From Eubacteriales bacterium (GTDB lineage Bacteria; Bacillota; Clostridia; Oscillospirales; CAG-272): DNA of 36,065 bases. Shown here piece after piece: positions 32,701 through 36,065 of this stretch. The DNA is taken from the NCBI GenBank assembly GCA_045594605.1, contig JAZNYU010000152.1, positions 1 through 36,065 on the forward strand. The letters are read 5' to 3'. Each line of letters opens with the position of its first letter. The first letter of the stretch is position 1. Position numbers and translations under genes: made by a program. The notes beneath the pieces were generated by a model, which did not search any database, was not told where the DNA came from, and saw only the letters and a program-made list of their open reading frames with translations.

Positions 32701-33054
32701 ATGAAAAGAGGGCATTTCATTATGAAAATAGGAGAAAAAATAAGAAGGGCGCGCATAGCAAAAGGAATGACACAAGAGAAACTCGCAGAACTTCTTGGTA
32801 TGCAAAAGTCCGGTGTTGCTAAATATGAAAATGGAAGAGTAAAAAATATAAAGAGAACAACTCTCAAAAGAATATCGGCGATTCTTGATATTCCACCTTC
32901 CGAACTTATATTTGAAAGTCCGACAGAAAACGATAAATTAAGTGGTTTATCTTCAAAAGAAAAGCGGTTAATAGAGCTTCTTCGCTCTTTACCTCCTGAA
33001 GAATATGAGAAAACCATTGAGGAAATTATACTGCGGTTAGCAGAGGAGAAATAA
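32701..33054 (+). CDS. CI-like XRE-family repressor
   Basis: 117 aa. HTH KGMTQEKLAELLGMQKSGVAKYENG. The ATG at 32701 would be nearly leaderless. The alternative ATG at 32722 has AAGAGGG upstream. Confidence 0.8.
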   Translation: MKRGHFIMKIGEKIRRARIAKGMTQEKLAELLGMQKSGVAKYENGRVKNIKRTTLKRISAILDIPPSELIFESPTENDKLSGLSSKEKRLIELLRSLPPEEYEKTIEEIILRLAEEK

Positions 33055-33087
33055 AAAAAACACCCGACACGCATCTGCCGTGCCGAG
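33053..33087 (-). terminator. Terminator of the 40-aa ORF transcript
   Basis: Minus strand: CTCGGCACG-GCAGATG-CGTGTCGGG (two G-U pairs) followed by T8. The T-tract overlaps the CI stop codon. Confidence 0.55.
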
Positions 33088-33097
33088 CGGAGGTTCT

Positions 33098-33220
33098 TCA
33101 ATTGGGCAAGTTCAATTTCTTTAGTTTCTCTTCTACAATTCGTATAGCCAAGTCCAACGCGCGGTCGGGATCTTTGCTATTCCTGATCCGTTCAAACAAT
33201 TCCTTTTCCTTTTCTGTCAT
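33098..33220 (-). CDS. Unannotated 40-aa helical ORF (possible repressor-tail mimic)
   Basis: MTEKEKELFERIRNSKDPDRALDLAIRIVEEKLKKLNLPN. GGAGG lies 9 nt upstream of the ATG. It has its own promoter and terminator. Confidence 0.55.
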   Translation of the reverse strand: MTEKEKELFERIRNSKDPDRALDLAIRIVEEKLKKLNLPN

Positions 33221-33305
33221 TTTCTTAAACCTCCATCTTTTTTGTGGTTGCCCTATTTCCACATTGACAGCATATTAAACTTGCCTTGTCCTCTGTGTTG
33301 ATATC

Positions 33306-33334
33306 ATTATACAGCATATTTTTTCGCATTTCAA
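33306..33334 (-). promoter_or_regulatory. Promoter of the 40-aa ORF
   Basis: Minus strand: TTGAAA (33334-33329), 17 nt, TATAAT (33311-33306). Confidence 0.65.
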
Positions 33335-33446
33335 TACGCAAATTTGCATATTGGCATATCATTTTTTACATTTTTTACCGTCATTTTTTACTCTCAAATT
33401 TGATTTTTTCATATCAAAAACGATAAAAAGTAAAGGAGATTTACAT

Positions 33447-33908
33447 TTGAACAGCGTAGTATCACAAATTATCGACAAAATTAAAGAAGCAAAAGCCGAA
33501 AAGGGCATCACTACCGCCGACATCTCCCAACTCTCGGGAGTGCCACTCGCAACCCTCACCCGAATACTCAACGGAAAGACACCGAACCCAACCCTTGAGA
33601 GCATCGTTCCCATCGCAATCGCGCTGGGTTTATCCATTGACGAGCTGATGGGCTTGAAGATCCCCGAGGACACGCCTGTTGCCGCACCCGTTGTTACCGC
33701 GCTCGATTCTTATGCAGAGCTTCTAAAGGAAAAGGATCAGCGGATAAAGGAAAAAGAAAAGACCATTGATATGATTAGGGATATGCACGAAAAAGAGAGA
33801 ACGCAAAAGCAGCGTTTATTATGGTTTATCGGTATATTTGTGGTTGGTATCGTGTTTGTTCTGTTCCTTGATTTGTTTAACGGGAACATCGGATATGTAA
33901 GATACTAA
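33447..33908 (+). CDS. Membrane-anchored XRE-family HTH regulator
   Basis: I preferred the TTG start at 33447 because AAAGGAG lies 8 nt upstream. HTH ITTADISQLSGVPLATLTRILNG, a coiled segment, then a C-terminal TM LLWFIGIFVVGIVFVLFLDLF. Confidence 0.7.
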   Translation: MNSVVSQIIDKIKEAKAEKGITTADISQLSGVPLATLTRILNGKTPNPTLESIVPIAIALGLSIDELMGLKIPEDTPVAAPVVTALDSYAELLKEKDQRIKEKEKTIDMIRDMHEKERTQKQRLLWFIGIFVVGIVFVLFLDLFNGNIGYVRY

Positions 33909-33966
33909 AAGAGGCAATCTGATAGCCGTTTATAAGAGCTTTAACAAATAAGAAAGGGTGGTGCAG

Positions 33967-34767
33967 ATGCCGTTTTGGATGTATTTATTGCCTTTTGTAT
34001 GGCCTGCGTTTATTATAGTGGTGTTAGCGTTAAAGGCATTGCAGAAAAGAAAAGAGGCATTAGAGAAACAAAAAATAGAAGAATACATACAGAAAAAGAA
34101 ATTAGATAAACCATCAGTCGAACCAATTGTCCAACCATCGGTTGAACCAACAGAAAATAAAAACAAAAGGGAAGATGCGCAAGAGCCATTCCATCCGGAG
34201 CAAAGCGATACTCTACTTCCTTACAAATACATAAGTGAAAATGTATCCATTTATAAAAAATTTAGCATACAAGAAGAAATGGAAAAAGTAAGAAAGTGGA
34301 TGGATGATTCAGAGAAACAAGTAACAAAGTGTTTGCTTCGCCAAGATTTCGATGCAGCTCTCGGAATAGTATCGGATATCCTTGCCAACACCGATCCTGT
34401 TTTTTATGTTGTAGAGCGACATTTTTTCCTTATTCATGTAATTGACAGTTTATATACAATGCGAGATGTCGAACCAAAGTCAATGGACTATTGTCTTGCC
34501 TTTTGCGAAATAGATATGAAAAATTTGAAAGCTTTTATTGAGGAAACGGGGCATCCTGAGTTGTATGCAGTTACGCCAACGAGAATGGCAATTATTCTTG
34601 AAAAGAAAGGCGGAATTGAAAATATTGAGGAAGCTATAAAAGTTTGTGATTTCGCAATAGAACTTGGCGTACTTGATGCAAGTGGAAAAACATTTCTTCC
34701 TCGAAGAATGAGACTTCTAAAGAAACTTGAAAAAATGAAACAGGAAGATACAGAGGAATCTAAATAA
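33967..34767 (+). CDS. N-terminally membrane-anchored protein with helical C-domain. Superinfection-exclusion or defence candidate.
   Basis: I chose the ATG at 33967. TM MPFWMYLLPFVWPAFIIVVLAL, a K/E helix, a PSVEPIVQPSVEP linker, and a helical domain of about 190 aa. It lies between the regulator and int. Confidence 0.65.
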   Translation: MPFWMYLLPFVWPAFIIVVLALKALQKRKEALEKQKIEEYIQKKKLDKPSVEPIVQPSVEPTENKNKREDAQEPFHPEQSDTLLPYKYISENVSIYKKFSIQEEMEKVRKWMDDSEKQVTKCLLRQDFDAALGIVSDILANTDPVFYVVERHFFLIHVIDSLYTMRDVEPKSMDYCLAFCEIDMKNLKAFIEETGHPELYAVTPTRMAIILEKKGGIENIEEAIKVCDFAIELGVLDASGKTFLPRRMRLLKKLEKMKQEDTEESK

Positions 34768-34787
34768 AAGAAAGGAATAAAAGGAAT

Positions 34788-35924
34788 ATGAAAAACAGAA
34801 ACGCAAAGGGCGGCGGTTCTGTAAGACAACGCGAGAATGGCACATGGGAGGCGCGCTGCACCATCAATGGCAAGCGCAGGTCCTTCTACGGTGACCGCCA
34901 ATCCGATGTTCTCAAAGCAATGCGCGCGGCTCTTGCCGCATCTGATGCAGGTGTCTATTTCGAGCCAAAGAAGATCACACTCGAAAAGTGGATGGAGATT
35001 TGGATAAACGAATACGCGCAACCGTCAGTCAAGCCGCTCACCTATGCCGCGTACAAAACAAGCATAAACACGCACATCATCCCTGCGCTCGGAAACATCA
35101 AATTGGCACTCCTGAACCCAACGCAGGTGCAGACCTTTTACAATGACCTATTGCGGACAAAGAAGATCAGCGCAAAAACCATCAAGAATGTGCACGGCGT
35201 TCTGCACAAAGCTCTCGATCAAGCCGTAGAGCTCAATTACATCCCCGTGAACGCCACGGACAAGTGCAAGCTACCGAGAGTAGAGAAGAAGGAGATAAAG
35301 CCCCTTACAGAGGCGGAAATCGCCGCTTTTATGGCCGCCGCCAAGGATGACGAGTACGCAAACATCTTTACCGTGACTTTGTTCCTCGGTCTGCGCCGGG
35401 GAGAGATTTGCGGTCTGTCTTGGGATGCCGTAAACTTCAAAACAAACACCATCACGATCAAGCAGCAGCTCTGCATCGCGCGTGACGGGACCGGCTATTA
35501 TATAGCACCCACCAAGAGCGACAAAATAAGGGCTCTTACAGCCCCTCAATTTGTGATGGACTTACTACGCGAGGTAAAGCGAGAACAAGCCGTAGAGCGC
35601 CTGCAATGCGCCTTCGCGTGGAAGAATGAGCATAACCTTGTATTCACCAAAGGAGAAGGGCAACACATAGCCCCTGTCACTCTGTACGTTCACTTCAAGC
35701 GCATAGCAGAGAGCATTGGCAGACCTGATGCGCGTTTCCATGATCTGCGACACACATACGCGGTCACCGCTCTGCAAGAGGGCGACGATGTCAAGACGGT
35801 GCAGCAGAACCTCGGTCACGCCACCGCATCATTTACTCTCGATGTCTACGGTCACGTGTCGGAGAAGATGAAGCAAGAGAGCGCAAACCGAATGCAAAAG
35901 TATTTCGAGAGCTTAAAAGCATAG
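34788..35924 (+). CDS. int: Tyrosine recombinase / phage integrase
   Basis: 378 aa. SAM-like N-domain. Catalytic motifs LGLRRGE, HDLRHTYA, LGHATASFTLDVYGH. Confidence 0.92.
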   Translation: MKNRNAKGGGSVRQRENGTWEARCTINGKRRSFYGDRQSDVLKAMRAALAASDAGVYFEPKKITLEKWMEIWINEYAQPSVKPLTYAAYKTSINTHIIPALGNIKLALLNPTQVQTFYNDLLRTKKISAKTIKNVHGVLHKALDQAVELNYIPVNATDKCKLPRVEKKEIKPLTEAEIAAFMAAAKDDEYANIFTVTLFLGLRRGEICGLSWDAVNFKTNTITIKQQLCIARDGTGYYIAPTKSDKIRALTAPQFVMDLLREVKREQAVERLQCAFAWKNEHNLVFTKGEGQHIAPVTLYVHFKRIAESIGRPDARFHDLRHTYAVTALQEGDDVKTVQQNLGHATASFTLDVYGHVSEKMKQESANRMQKYFESLKA

Positions 35925-35930
35925 AAAAAA

Positions 35931-35957
35931 AGCAGGTGCAAACGCGCCTGCTTTTCT
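35931..35957 (+). terminator. Intrinsic terminator after int
   Basis: AGCAGGTGC-AAAC-GCGCCTGCT followed by TTTTCTCG. Confidence 0.7.
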
Positions 35958-35963
35958 CGTTAA

Positions 35964-36029
35964 TAAGGGGTATAAACCCACCGCAAAGGGGGTATGGCAA
36001 AAAATCTATAAGGGGTATGGTAAGGGGTA
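35964..36029 (+). repeat. Arm-type repeats: TAAGGGGTA x3 (35964, 36009, 36021) plus AAGGGGGTA (35986)
   Basis: Same motif and orientation as at 210-239. Confidence 0.6.
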
Positions 36030-36049
36030 CGTTTTTTCAAAAACACAAA

Positions 36050-36063
36050 AAACCACAAGATAT
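36050..36063 (+). repeat. AAACCACAAGATAT, the exact reverse complement of 56-69
   Basis: Read directly. It is followed by TATTG, which equals the start of the left att core. Confidence 0.85.
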
Positions 36064-36065
36064 TG

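Larger units (their letters stand above)
69..36065. mobile_element. Integrated temperate phage (prophage), essentially complete. The right att core is cut by the window edge.
   Basis: Contiguous lysogeny, early, packaging, head, tail and cargo modules. Tyrosine integrase at the right end. Orphan tRNA 3' end at the left end. The same TAAGGGGTA repeats occur at both ends. Confidence 0.9.

Noticed and set aside
32688-33101. 137-aa minus ORF opposite the CI-like gene, and the 177-aa minus ORF at 34488-35021.
   Set aside because: Both lie antisense to genes with clear HTH or integrase-adjacent coding signal, and neither has an RBS. They are shadow ORFs.

Overview
The window is almost entirely one integrated temperate phage of about 36 kb. 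GGAGG-type RBSs and tightly coupled ATGA/TAATG gene junctions point to a low-GC Gram-positive (Clostridia-like) host.

**Boundaries.** At the left edge, 69-95 is an orphan copy of a tRNA 3' end on the minus strand (...GTTCGAATCCCTCTCTCTCCGCCAATA), which I read as the att core. At the right edge, a tyrosine integrase (34788-35924) is followed by TAAGGGGTA arm-type repeats that also occur at the left end. The window stops on TATTG, which matches the first bases of the left core, so the intact tRNA probably begins at or just past 36065.

**Gene order, right to left:**
- int, an N-terminally anchored membrane protein and a membrane-anchored XRE regulator, all on the plus strand.
- An unannotated 40-aa ORF, then the CI-like / Cro-like switch with three 17-bp palindromic operators.
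- The early operon on the minus strand: replication-organiser-like gene, Xis-like HTH, Rad52-type annealase, NinB-like protein, SSB, an orphan C5 DNA methyltransferase, a Lar-like protein, many Zn-ribbon proteins and a Holliday-junction resolvase.
- A plus-strand lipoprotein moron.
- terS, terL, portal, minor head protein, scaffold, major capsid, connector proteins and an atypical tail module with no recognisable tape measure, then fibres.
- A cassette of membrane proteins plus a sigma-70 region-4-only protein.
- A separately terminated left-end cargo operon of compositionally odd proteins.

**Not found.** I saw no rRNA, CRISPR array, transposase or reverse transcriptase.

**Most interesting items:**
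1. A strongly supported cis-antisense small RNA inside an early regulator gene.
2. The int-proximal membrane two-gene unit.
3. A small ORF that mimics the repressor tail.
4. The membrane and sigma-r4 cassette that stands where a classical holin/endolysin pair would be.
5. The left-end cargo operon, which looks like exosporium or spore-coat proteins.

**Limits.** All functional calls come from motifs I read by eye and from remembered family signatures. No searches were run.
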